Positions 30,237-42,954 of a stretch of 64,000 bases of DNA are shown in pieces. A program made the translations under genes and the position numbers. Source of the stretch: the human T2T-CHM13v2.0 reference genome, Homo sapiens; assembly GCF_009914755.1 (NCBI RefSeq), contig NC_060936.1, one strand, 5' to 3'. Below the pieces are notes generated by a model. That model saw only the letters and a list, made by a program, of their open reading frames with translations, searched no databases and had not been told where the DNA came from. The first letter of the stretch is position 1. Every line of letters starts with the position of its first letter.

Positions 30237-30451
30237 AGTGATTCTTTTTGTAATGGTTAGCAAAAGAACCTTTCTTCGAGTGAAATTTTTTTGAGGAACG
30301 TCAATATATAAAAATAGTTTAAAGCCTATCAGCCCCGAACAGCCCAGAGCCCAAACACACAGCCACCCCACTGTGCCCCACCCTCACAGCAGCCTCTGCA
30401 GCCCCTCCATGGAGCTACAGGGACGGGTGGGACACAGTGTGAAAGCCACTG
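30237..30451. mobile_element. Possible old hAT-Charlie MITE
   Basis: CAGTGATTCT ... CACAGTGTGAAAGCCACTG termini resemble Charlie-type terminal inverted repeats; family not identified. Confidence 0.4.
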
Positions 30452-30704
30452 CTTCAGAATGCCAGACAGTCTGTCTGTGAAAGCCTCAAAGCAGAAACTC
30501 AGGCAAATGTGAAAAATAAAAACCGTGCATCATGCCAAGAACTTGAAAAACTTATCAAAGTTGAACCAACTGGTCCCTGGAAAACCCTAAGTGTCAGAGG
30601 CATCCTTGAATCCTATCACATCAGCAGTCTGCTCTTGGAAAGACTCTTACTGAAAGGCACCTAAGAGGCCATGCAATGCCTTGGGACATGTCATTTGGAA
30701 TTCT

Positions 30705-30874
30705 AAGCCCTGAATTTGAGTCACAACTCTGCTACTTGTAGCTCAGTGACTCAGAAAACATCTCCAACTGTCTAAGCCCTGACTTTCTCATCAGCAAGAG
30801 TAGGATATAGGTTCTGCACCCACTTTACATGCGTTACAAGGATCAAATGAAAAAATTATTAAAGCAGTATCTAA
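30705..30874 (+). mobile_element. MIR fragment
   Basis: CTCTGCTACTTGTAGCT..GTGAC...CTTTCTCATC...AGGATCAAATGA, resembling the MIR core. Confidence 0.6.
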
Positions 30875-31170
30875 TTTTTTTTTTTTTTTTGAGACAGTCT
30901 CGCTCTGTCACCCATGCTGGAGGGCAGTGACACAATTTCAGCTCACTGCAACCTCTGCCTCCTGGGCTCAAGTGATTCTCCTGCCTCAGTCTCTGGACTA
31001 ACTGGAATTACAGGCATGCACCACCACGCCCAGCTATTTTTTTTATTTTTGGTAGAGACAGGGTTTTGCCATGTAGGCCATGTTGGTCTCAAACTCCTGA
31101 CATCAGGCGATCCACCCTCCTTGGCCTCCCAAAGTGCTGGGATTACAGGCGTGAGCCCCCACACTGGGCC
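30875..31170 (-). mobile_element. AluS
   Basis: Full antisense dimer. TSD TAAAG(CA/TG)GTATCTAA at 30860-30874 / 31171-31185. Confidence 0.9.
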
Positions 31171-31636
31171 TAAAGTGGTATCTAAACTCTAAAGTTCTTG
31201 TATGCATGAAAGCTGTCCACATTATAAAAATCTGCTCTGTAGTGGACCATCTCGTGCATTCATTCACTCTACAAATTGTTATTGAACAATACTCAGCCAG
31301 CTACTGAAAGATCAATAAATTGAGCTGATTTGGATGTGACTTCTCTGTACCCACTGAACAAGGTAACAGTAAAGAGTAGCAACCCACTTCCATGAATAGT
31401 GATGGGATCCACACCACCTGCAATGGCTCCTCCCCACTTCCTGCCTGGTCTCCCTGACATGCTACTGTAGCTTTCTCATGTCATCGGCATTGCCTCTCAG
31501 TCACTGCTACACTCACTGTCATCTACCCCACACAGGAGCCCTGAGGATCCCAGCATCTATGCAGAAAACTCAGAGCCAGCTGACCTAGTTGTCCCATGAT
31601 AGATAGAACTAACTTTCACCACTAACTGGACTCTGG

Positions 31637-31826
31637 CCACACCGTCCAACAGAACTTTCTGCAATGATGGGAATGTTCTGTATATGCACTGTATGGTAGA
31701 TAGCCTCTAGACAAATGTGGCTATTGAGCCCTTGAAATGTGACTAGTGCACCTAAAAGATTAATTTTATTATTTAAATTAATTAAATTTAAATAGCCATA
31801 GGTGGCTAGTAGACGGAGCGGTTCTA
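31637..31826 (+). mobile_element. MER3 (hAT-Charlie)
   Basis: GTCCAACAGAACTTTCTGCAATGATGGGAATGTTCT...TGTGGCTATTGAGC.CTTGAAATGTG.CTAGTG...AATAGCCA. Confidence 0.8.
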
Positions 31827-33526
31827 CAGGAATGGAACAGAGGGCAAGCCTGATCTTTTTCATAAAATGTGAAAAACATATAGTAATTGCATTCATATCA
31901 TTTTCAAACATAAAATCATTGTTAAATTAATAAGTAATGGTTTTACCATGTTCGTATGATTTTTTTAAGAGCAGATGAAGTTCCCTGTCCTAATTCAGTC
32001 TCAAATAGTGCTTCCTAATTATTCAAAGTTGTGAGCAGAAGCCAGTGCCAGACAAAAAAAAAAAAAAGAGCATGCATCTGTGGGGTTTAGCATGCATTGT
32101 GAACAAATAAAACCTGTAATAAAAGTAACCTGTCACCTACTAATGATGTGCATAAGAGCTATGGTGCATGCAGTAATTCGTTATAAGGGGTAAGTCATTC
32201 TCGTAAATTACTAAACCTAGCAAAACTTTTACATCATTTGTTCTCTGGTATTAACTAATTACACAAACATTCCCAGCTTCTTTGAATTCTTTGTAAAGGT
32301 TCATACACTGCTCATCTCCAGCGTCATTAAGAGACCAGAATCTTGGCTCCAAAAACCATTGCTGCATGTTCTATCTCAGCATTCTTCCCCAACCTGATAC
32401 AGCCCCAGGCTGAGGTGTTCCTGGCCATACTGCCAAGTTCTGCCATTGTCTGTCCCATCCTTCATATGTCGCTGAGCTAAGCCATTATCACTGCTCCCTC
32501 TTGAAGTTTCTGTCCAGGAGGGGCCAGTGGCAGAAACTCTGAGGCAAACTGTGAATGAACAGCTCTACCTGATCACCACACGTCAAAGAGAGGAAGTAGG
32601 GAGGAAGTGAGCTGCTGGGCAAGGGCAGCCCTTTAGAGTACGCAGAGGAGGTGTTGAAGATGGACTCTGGGTAAAGGACAGATGGTAGTTTGGGGCCACA
32701 GGGGAATGGAATGAAGTAAAAGAAAAAGCGCAACAGTTGATGAGAGGATCTGCACTCTTGCAGATTGCAATTCTGGTCCTGTGGCCCACCTGGCAGGAAT
32801 GTGCCAGGAATGTGCCTCTGGGCACATGTGCCCAGCTGAGCAGTCCTTGGCCATGAGCTTCTAGTGCTCTCATTCTGAAATAGCTTTCACAGTGAAGAAC
32901 AAAAATAGTTAACATCACTGCAGCCTTTGATCTATTGGAAGACTAGGGGAAGAGGAGGGCCAATAGGCACCTGAAAGTAGACAGAGGACAGGGTGACAGG
33001 GAAGTCTGGAAAGCCCAGGAAAAAGAAAGCTCATGGTTCCCCATGGCTTGGAAAACTGCAGAAGTCCTGCTATACTTGAAGGAAATGGTCATTTCCATGG
33101 CAAGTGTTGTGCTGTATGTATCTCAAGTCCAACCCAGTCTGGCCCTGCAGGCAGATTTACATGCTTTCCAGGTAAGGTCAGGAGTTAGAGGGCAAATAAA
33201 TGCTGCAGCTTTCTCACCAAATTTTCTAAACAAGGAGTCAAGACATTATCATCATGCTCAAGCTATGCTTTTTCTCAGGTGGAAGATGTCAAGTTCTGCT
33301 TTATTGTTCCAAGTCCAAAAAATAAAAAATAAAGAGAGCTCACAATTGCATTTTTTGCAAGGACCCTCTCTCTATCTTCACTGTTTTCAGTGTGACTCTT
33401 AAATGAAATACCAGGACAACCACAACAAACCACACTCACTGAGGGATTTGTATAAACTGCACTAAATGCCAGCCCCCACCTCTGCTATGCCATGTGTGTG
33501 CGTGTATATCCCTCTTTCACAATCAT

Positions 33527-33550
33527 ACACACACACACACACACACACAC
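33527..33550. repeat. (AC)12 microsatellite
   Basis: 24 bp AC run. Confidence 0.95.
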
Positions 33551-35904
33551 CCCCTACAGCTGTTTCTGCCATCAAAGTTCATGCTGCATCTCTGAATCCC
33601 AGACTTGATGGTCATATCATCCTTGTCTGAAATTCTCCTCAATTGCCCTCGTTACCTAAATGCTTTCATATAAAAGACAAGTTCCTAAATACTTGATCAT
33701 CTTTTCTATGTGCATGGCTTTCTCAAACTAGGTTATAAATGACAAATTGCAACTTGAACCTGACTTAAGGTAAAAATCCAGATGACTCATTTCTTCTGAG
33801 GAAGGGAATAGAACCACAAAAAACCAGGAACCCAGGCAGGGGGCTCCTTCAGCATCCCAGCACTGCATATCTCTGCACTTCTACACCCATCACCCCTCAG
33901 CCCACTGCATGGCTACTGCACAGGTCTTGACTTGACATGTTCTCCATCCACAGAGCCAGCTTAGCTAAAAACCAGCATTTCTTGGTCTCAACCTAAATTC
34001 ACAGGGAGGGAGAATTAACTGGCCCAGTTTGAGTTAGAATCAAACATTGGTGGAATCAAGGGATGCTGGAAGATACTCATAGAACAGGATATCATGTACT
34101 CAAGAACAAAGGTGAATAATGGGGGGAGGGTGAGGTGGGAGCATGTGGCAGGGCAAGGAGGGTGACAGTCCACGGAGAAGAGAAATGTGAGCTGAACAGA
34201 CACTTGGAAACGTGTTTACTGCAGCGCAATACTTAATACTGTAAGTATGGAGTTTCTTTAATATTGGGCAAGAATGATTTTCACTAGAGGTGAGGAAAAC
34301 ATCAAATAGGGCCTGAGGTAACCTCCAGCTTCTGCGTGATTTTACCTAAGATGGTCTCAATTACCTCCAACTGACCAAGACAAATAATAGCTGTGTGCAA
34401 AGCAATTTGGCTCTGCCTGATCACATGCACACAGGGAGACAGAATCACAATCTCTTTTTAATAAGGTGCTACTTCTCATTTCTCTGAAGCTAAGAGGTCC
34501 CTTGGAAGGGAGACATTCCTGATACTAAAGTCCTTGAACTGAGAGGTTATCGTGTACTCCCTTCTTTTTAGGGAATCTAGACTATCTGGTGGGAGAAAAG
34601 GGCTCAGAAGGCAGTAGGGGGCAACTGTCTTAGAGACTGTGTGAAGGGGAGACCAGCTTATGTTCTATCAGTGAATCTATTGTTAAAGATTCCTGTCCTC
34701 GTGATTAGGTGATTAAATAACTAAAACAGTCATTGCAGTTGGACTCATAATGGTATTCTTAGTTATCTTTATTAGACACTAGCAGAAAAAGTAAGGACCA
34801 AAGACCAGAAGATTAGGCTCACTTTTGATGGTGGCTGATAGAAAGCAATTCTGAGCTGCATCTTTGATGGTGCACTCCTTATGACTAAGAAGAAGACACC
34901 AGTACAGAAACCTTTCTGTGGGAAAACTTTAAATAAAGAAGAGCCTTATCTCCTAGGAAACCAATTCACTCCTCCTCATTCTCTGTTCAAAAAGATGGCC
35001 AGCTTTCCCGTTTCCCATCCCCAACCCCATCCCCATTTCCTTCTTCAGAAATCTCACACTCTAACAAAACAGGCATTTTAGGAGAGTGGGTTTTCTTTAA
35101 GCCAACTAGTATCCAGCTAGGGTCCAACACCATTTCCAGATTCAGAATCCATTTGAAAAGATATTAGAATGTAGAAAGGCAGGCAGCTGCTGAATAATTA
35201 CTTGGATATGACAAGGAATACAGGCTATGAATAGAAAGACAGCTGGAACCTACCTATATAACGCTATTTTCCACAGGGCAGGATTTAGCAAATGGTGTCT
35301 CCATAGCAAGGGATCTGGCTGCTTATATCTCCTGTAAGCAATTTCACTGATGCTTTGACCTCAAGGTACAGCGCCGTATAGGAGCTTTCATCTACTCATT
35401 TATTCCATAAGAGATGAATTGGGTGTCTATTATAAGCCAAACATTAGGCAGGGCACTTGGGGGATAAAGGTAAAGAAGAAACAATTAAGGAGCTTACAGT
35501 ATAGCACAGGAAGCAGGCACATAAATGAATACTGGATTCACTAAATAAAGAGGTGAGTACAAGGAACAATTATGGGAGAAGAGAAGATCAAGAAAACTTC
35601 ACAGAACAGAGACTCTTTGCATTGGTGTCATGAGAACAAATAGAAGTTTGTCCAGAAGGCCACTCATGGGAGTAGAGGGTGGTAGAATGACTTCCACCCC
35701 TGGGGAATAGCATTTGCAAAGGCATGGAGGCATGAAACTATGCATAAAGTGCAGTTGTGCAACTGCAAGTCAGTAATTCAATAAGGTCAGTGCCAAGGAA
35801 GAAAGGAAGAGAGATGATTACAGAGGAAGACACCAGCTTGTGAAGGCTATGGTTTTTCTTTGTTGAGCAGTTTGGATTTTATCCCGCAAGTGATGGGGGT
35901 GGTG

Positions 35905-36420
35905 TGTGCCAGATCATCTGTGGTCTTCAGAGCCATTTCCGCTCCTTCCATGCTCTCTCCTGTATAGCATGAGTTGAAAATCTGGGAATCCATTTTCTAG
36001 ATCCCATGTCAGCTGTATTCCAGTTTAAAGGCCACCAATTTGGAATCCTGCCAGATTCAGAAAGAAAGAGCCAGCATTATTCCTCCAACAGTGGCAGGCA
36101 GATGCGTGAGCTCCAAGAGACCTTAGGTTTTTCTCGTTCTGCTGTGTGTGAAACACTCATTTTTGTGCTACAGGCAACTATGAACATCACCACTGGTTTT
36201 CTGAAGTCCTTAACTTGGGCAACAATAGCCTCTTCCTTTATCCCAGAACGCTGCTATCACATTATAGAGCAACTGGCAAACTTCAGAGCCACTGGCAACC
36301 TTTTCTGACCTACAGTCCTACAGCCTTTCCAGGGTTTTGTAAGCACCAGTTAGCAGTTTTAAATTCATTCCTGCTTAAAATACTTCACGTGGTTTCTCTT
36401 TCTGTGATCCAATCTGGAGC
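35905..36420 (+). mobile_element. Old ERVL-class solo LTR (subfamily not resolved)
   Basis: Interrupts the L2. Its 3' end AAATTCATTCCTGCTTAAAATACTTCACGTGGTTTCT is typical of old ERVL LTRs. Confidence 0.5.
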
Positions 36421-36769
36421 ATTTTAGAAGATGACCCTGGCGGCTTTGGGAAGAGAGCATTGAATAGGGAGAACACAGGGAGATCAATAGACAGATTATC
36501 TCAATAATACAAAGGAGAGATGATGAAACTCAAAATTCTATAATGAATTTTGACAATGCCAATAAAGGAGGAAGATGAATTAAAGAAATATTTAGGACCT
36601 ATGACCTATGGATGAAGGGGCAAAATAAGAGACATTTAGGAGTCTCTTGGACTTCTGGTCTGGATGATTGCCCTGATGGTGGGAAACAGAAAGTGAAAAC
36701 AGGGAGAGTGGGACAAGGAGATTTGGCAGGCATTATAGAGGATGAGTTCAATTTAAGATGTTAAGTTTT

Positions 36770-37100
<331 letters not shown>

Positions 37101-37849
37101 CTACATTAATCTGAGGGTGGAGGATTTAGGCTGAAGGTATTTATTTTGAGGACCGGGAACATAGAAATAATCAATCATGAGAGTGGGTAAAATTGATTAA
37201 AGGAAGTGTATAGTGTAATAAAAACAGAAAACAGAGAAATGAGCCCTGGAAAACATCAACAGTTAAAAACAAATACCAAAGAGAATCCAGCAAAAGAGAC
37301 TAAGAAGGAGTAGTAGAGAGGTAGAAGCATCCAGATAGTATAGTGCTAAGCAGAAGGAGATCATCTGAAATCACAGGTAAAGAGATGACGATGGCATAAA
37401 TTATAATTGATGGACGACATCAACTTTAAAATGTAGGAAGGACTCTAACTGACTATTTATATTCATTCAAATGTTATTTGTTGCTTTCACACACAGAGGC
37501 CTGTTTTATACAACGTAGAAATGAAGAGATGTTCTGCAGCTCTTTGCAGATTCACCTCTTCACTGGGCTCCATCTCTATTTCCATCTTCTTTTATCCTAA
37601 ACACAGTTTTTTGTTTATGCCCTCATTTTATTCCTTGTGCTCTTTTCAGGATGGTGTCAATGCATTTCTGCCATTACAAATAAGAGTTCCTGATCAAGTC
37701 TTCCAAATCCATACTCTGTGTTTCTTTGACCAGGCAATATGATCAAGGCCTGTGGACTCCAAGCCTATGCAATTTTGACTTGTAGCCACTCACAGACGTA
37801 TGGGTTCAACAACTGGTAAAGAGTCCTCTAGAGCTGTGTGGAAATCAGC

Positions 37850-38010
37850 TTAACTGGTCATGACCAGACAGTTTTATAAAATAAAATATAAGAAAGTAAA
37901 ACAGAATAGAAAATACAAGCAAGGGTAAATATTATGTCGTAAAACATTTGTTTCAGTGACAGATTATATGTGTGTCTTTCTGTTTTATGCATGGTATGTG
38001 AGTGTTTACA
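37850..38010. mobile_element. MER119-like hAT fragment
   Basis: GGTCATGACCAG...AGAATAGAAAATA...AAGGGTAAATATT...TTTGTTTCAGT resembles the recalled MER119. Confidence 0.45.
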
Positions 38011-38026
38011 TTTTATGCATGGTATG

Positions 38027-38454
38027 TGATATGGCATGGATATTTGTTCTCTCCAAATCTCATGTTGCAATGTGATCCCCAGTGTTGGAGGTGGGGCCTA
38101 CTGGAAGTGTTTGGGTCATGGGGACAGACCCCTCATGAATGGCTTGGTACCCTCTTGGCAGTAATGAGTTCACATGAGAGTTGGTTGTTTAAGAGTCTGC
38201 GACATTGCTTCTCTCTCTCTTGTTCCTTCTCTCCTGTTCTCTTTCTCTTGCTGCCTCTCTCTTGATCCGTTTCTCACCATGTAATATGCTGGCTCCCCTT
38301 CGCCTTCTGCAATAATTATAAGTATCCTGAGTCCCTCACCAGAAGCAAATGCTTCCTGTACAGTCTGCAGAACCATGAGCCAAATAAACCTCTTTTCTTT
38401 ATAAACTACCCAGTCTCAGGTATTCCTTTCTAGCAGCGCACACATACTAGCACA
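38027..38454 (+). mobile_element. MSTB solo LTR
   Basis: TGATATGG..TGGATATTTGT..CTCCAAATCTCATGTTG; GAACCATGAGCCAAATAAACCTCTTTTCTTTATAAA. TSD GTATG / ATATG. Confidence 0.87.
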
Positions 38455-38552
38455 ATATGTGTTATAAGTCACCAAGTAAATAATGGAGCAAGATCTCATA
38501 AGTGTAACATGAAAAAGAACTACCAAGGGGGATTGAGTTCTATATTAATTTG

Positions 38553-39068
38553 TATTTCCTCCAAAGCAGACAAGGTCTCAGATGCAGGTAGTTTATTTTC
38601 AAAATGGTCCTAGGAAACAGAAGTGAGGGAGCAGAGAAAGAAAGATAGGAAAGGGCAAAGAGCCAATAAAGTGTGCATTAAAGTGCTGGTTACCATTGTG
38701 AACATCTGGGTCTCAGTCTTGCTGAGAACACTCTGAGGAACCACGCAGAATGTGCTTCAGAATCGTCCCACTAAAGTAGAGGTTGGCAAACATTTTCTGT
38801 AAAGAGCCAGATAATAAATATTTTTCACTTTGCAAACCATGCAATCTCTGTTGCTACTATTCAGCTCTGCCATTGTAATAAGCAAGTTGCCATGATGATT
38901 TGTAAATGAATGGGCATGACTGTGTTTCAATAAAACTTTATAAAAACAGGTGGGCTGAATTTAGCACACAGGCTGAAGTTGGCCAACTCTTGCAGTAGAC
39001 CACGTGGAGGCTGGGTCTTTTTCCTTTTTCCACCAATTGCTATGCCATTTGTTGAGGACTGCCCTAGG
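38553..39068 (-). mobile_element. LTR16-like ERVL LTR, interrupted by MER58A
   Basis: AAAGCAGAC...TGCAGGTAGTTTATT...GCCAATAAAG; resumes after 39000 (GGAGGCTGGG...GTTGAGGACTGCCC). Confidence 0.55.
38777..38992 (+). mobile_element. MER58A (hAT-Charlie)
   Basis: Terminal repeats AGAGGTTGGCAAAC / GTTGGCCAACTCTTG; internal TTCTGTAAAG.GCCAGATA.TAAATAT and CAATAAAACTTTAT. Confidence 0.85.
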
Positions 39069-39689
39069 CAATTTTTTTGCTTTGGAAATACTAAAATCTG
39101 GTGGTGTTATATTTGTTGTCACAATCCATTCTCCAATGAAATTAGTTATTGCTCTTCCAGGGCAGGCAAAAAAACAAACACCAAATAAATAAAATTAATA
39201 ATAATAAAAGAAAGTAGTTATTACATTTTAAAGTTTTTTCTTTTACTTCTTCAAAGTTTGCTGTGTTCAGCTCTCACACCTAGCTTGGCATACATTTTAC
39301 TGTTTCAAATCATTTTCTCTTAAAATTGTCCACACAGAGGATCTCACCTAATTATTCTTACGCAGTCTAAAAGACATACTGTCTCTTATGCTTTTAAGCT
39401 CATTTCCTTTTCCATGTGCTTTTCTTTTTTCTCCAAATGGATACATTCAATTACTCTCCTCTTGGGTATTTTAATTTCACACATTTTTGTACACTTAGAA
39501 AAACCATATATTGCACTACATTCACTGGAAAATCATCAAAAGGCATTTAGATGAAAGAAAACTTTAGTAAAAACATGTCTTTTGTAGCTACATAAGCCTG
39601 AGATCGTTCCTTGTTTTAAACCACATAACTAGAGAAGAGGAAAACATGGTTTCACAATTTGAATTCTTTTGAATGACTTCATTTATATA

Positions 39690-39860
39690 GCATTTTTACA
39701 GTTCACAGAGCTCTTTCTCATAATAGTCATGTGATTCATACATTTTCTTATTTGGCCTACAAGGAAACTGAGGCTTGGAGGTGAGCAGCTTTATAACTTT
39801 TACAGAGAAAGATGGTAACATGACTGGATCCATAATCCAATCCCACTCCAGTATGCTTTC
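39690..39860 (-). mobile_element. MIR fragment
   Basis: TATAGCATTTTTACAGTTCACAGAGC...AAGGAAACTGAGGCTTGGAG. Confidence 0.55.
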
Positions 39861-40049
39861 TGGTGTGCCTTACTCACAACTGCTGTGTGAACTGTAGAAA
39901 TTTTAAGTCATTTTTTAGCTACTTACTTCTGACAGGTACTTTATTATACCATGCTATTCAACTCTCCCATGGCTGGATATTTGCTATAAATGCTTGAATT
40001 TTTGTTGTTATTGTTTGCTCATTTCTTAATATAGGTAAGTCCTAAGCAG

Positions 40050-40553
40050 GTTAGATTGTTTGCAGAGATGGCTACAATACTCTGTTTTGTCCCCATATGC
40101 CACTCCTCCCATAGAGACAGTCTATTTTTCCCTCCCCTGAATCTGGGCTGGCCTTGTGACTTGTTCTGAACAGTGGAATGCAGAGGCCCTCCCAAGCCTA
40201 GGCCTCAAGATGTCTCTTGATGTTCCATGTGAACACCAAGGCCTCACTGATGCCATGTGAGGAAGCCTGGGCTCTTTTGGTTGAGGATGGAGGACTATGG
40301 AAAGTGGCCCAGCCAATAGCCAGCACCAAATGCCAGGTAAATGAGTGAAGCCACCTTGGACTATTCAGCTGCATTCAAGCCACTAGGTGACTGAGCCACA
40401 TGAGTGAATCTAGATTACACCAGTAGAAGAACTGTCCAGCTAAGCTCATCCCATAGAATGATGAGCAAATAGCAATAACAGCAAGTAACAACAGTTGTTT
40501 TAAGCTACTAAGTTTTGAGGGTATTTGTTATGCAGCAATACATAACTGATACA
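40050..40553 (+). mobile_element. MLT1 (G/H-like) solo LTR
   Basis: AGATGGCTACAA, TGAATCTGGGCTGGCCTTGTGACTTG; end TTAAGCTACTAAGTTTTG...TGTTATGCAGCAATACATAACTGATACA. Confidence 0.8.
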
Positions 40554-42954
40554 CTAGTAATGAGCAATTCCATAGTCCATCATTTTGTGGATGTAGAGAT
40601 TCCCCAAAGTTCTGAAGCCATCTTCAATGCCCCTTAGATTAATGAGTTTTCCTGCAATTTTGAGGAATTTTATCTCAGTTCCCCAGGCTTTTTGCAGAGC
40701 AACAGGGACCTAGTAACATAAACTTATTATATTACTATCTCACAGAATGGCTCAATCTCTCCACAGAGGTGATTTCTGGGAGCCATCTTTACTCGTCTCT
40801 GTCCCAGTGGCCATAGCTACTTAGTCCAAAAATAGATACCTAGTACAAGTTGGGCAATCAACATCTCTCTAAGGTAAATATGAAATATTGACTGGAGGCC
40901 CAGAAACTAAAACCTTTGAGAACTGAGTCTGTTGAATGGTAGTGTTCTGGAAGGAAATCTATCACTACCCTGAGGTTCCAGAGCTATGCTGGTCCCTGCC
41001 CTTCCTTAAGAGCGGGTGTTCGACTCCTCATTAGACTGTGTCACATATTCTGATATTCTTCCAACCTATCTTTGGCCGAATGGAAGCCCATGGCTAACCC
41101 CTAAGGACTCCTCAGGGGACAGTGGCCTCTGCTCTTCTCCTGTTCAGGAGTCAGAAGGGAGCAGCTGTCCAGGAAGATAATCTCATTTTATGAGGAGATC
41201 AAAAAAGTTGGCATCTCATGGTTCTTCATTGTTTCATCTGCTGCCCAAATCACTGCTAACATCAAATAAAAGTAAATCTCTGTCAGTAATGATTTAACTG
41301 ATAAAAGCTCTTCCCGTCCCTACTGCTCCACACTCTTATCATATAGACACATGGAAGCAGGGTTTATTGGAGGAATATTAGAATATGTGACAGAATCTAA
41401 TGAGGAGTCAAACACACCTACTCTTTAGGAAGAGCAGGACCAGCATAGCTCTAGGACCTCACAGTGGTGATAGATTTCCTCCCAAAACACTACCATAAAG
41501 CAGACTCACTTCTCAAAGATTTCAGTTTCTGGGTCTCCATTCAATATTCTGTATTTACCACGGGGAAACATCGATTGCCCAACTTGTACTAGTTGTCTAT
41601 TCTTAGACTAAGTAGCTATGGCCACTGGGACGGAGACAAGTAATAACAGAAAGATGACTATCAGAACTCTGTGCTCTTCACATCCACCTGTTGGTGACGT
41701 TGCGTGTAAATGATGATACCTATAGTTGATTTCTCAGGAAACAGGGCACACGGTGGTCTGTGGCACTGTGTACAAGGTCTTTTCCCCACTGCCTACCAAG
41801 GGAGGTGTGGCCATTATACAACCTTGTTTTCTGTGACATCAAAAATCTATACTCCTCTACATATAACTGTAATATTCTAATTTTGTATAAGAAAGCTTAC
41901 TTTTAAAAGCAGGAATCTTACATAATTACCACAATTCAGGACCCAGCAAAAAGACTGCAGGTAACAAAGTCATTTTCTATTCTATTTGCACATGGAAAGG
42001 TGAATGCTGTGAAATAGCTCCTGAGGGCATCTTGTTTTCAATAAGAGCTCACACAGTCCACAGCTAAATTCCACCTATTTCATTCAGGAGAAGTCTGGGA
42101 ATTGATTTGGTTTTTTTACTAAAAAAGAAAAATTATCTTAGTAAATGTCCAGCAAATGAGAATTAGAGAACTTTACAATGTCATGGTAATATTTGCAAAG
42201 GATGAGTTAGAATAAAATTAAGTGCCTCATTGCCAGATGTTAATGTGCTTGGGTCTCTTTTTGGCTCTTTAAAAAATATAAACAAGGCATTTGAGTAAAT
42301 TTAAATATTAAAGAAGTTGGGGTCTTTTAGTAAACAGTTTCAAGCTGCAACCCACAGATTGACAGCAAATATTCACCTTTGGATAAGAGCAAAGTCCCTG
42401 ATTCTGATCATATTAGAACTTTTTCCTCCATTTTCAGAAACCAAAATGTTGAGTTTTCTGAAAAAGTTACGATTTACATAAACCATCGATTTACTTCAAC
42501 TCCTTGTTAAATGGAAAAAGGGAGAAAAGGGAAATAATTATACAAATATAAAAGTGGAAATGTTTTTAATCCCATTCTACCAATCCTGAAGTTTAAAAGA
42601 AGTTTCCTAAAATTGAACTAAAACATGTATCATTTTTAGTTTTAGTAATCCCAAAGAGACCACATTTCATATATAACATCTCTATTCAAGTTAAAAAAAT
42701 CAAACAAAAATTTCTAGACAAAAACTGTCCCTTTAGCACTTTCATTAAAGTTAAAACCATTTCTTTTAAAATGAGCAATTACATACTGATAATAGAACCC
42801 TGTGTATATTGTGTAATATGTACATTTTTGTACATTATATGATGGATAAAGACTACATAGATACCAAAAACATTCCAAGAAAGGGTTAAATTTGGTCAGT
42901 GGAAACTGCCATTCTTTCAACAACCTATGCTCATGACCTGTGAATCATTTTTCT

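Noticed and set aside
31771-31793. AT-only quasi-palindrome
   Set aside because: Low complexity and inside the AT-rich part of MER3.
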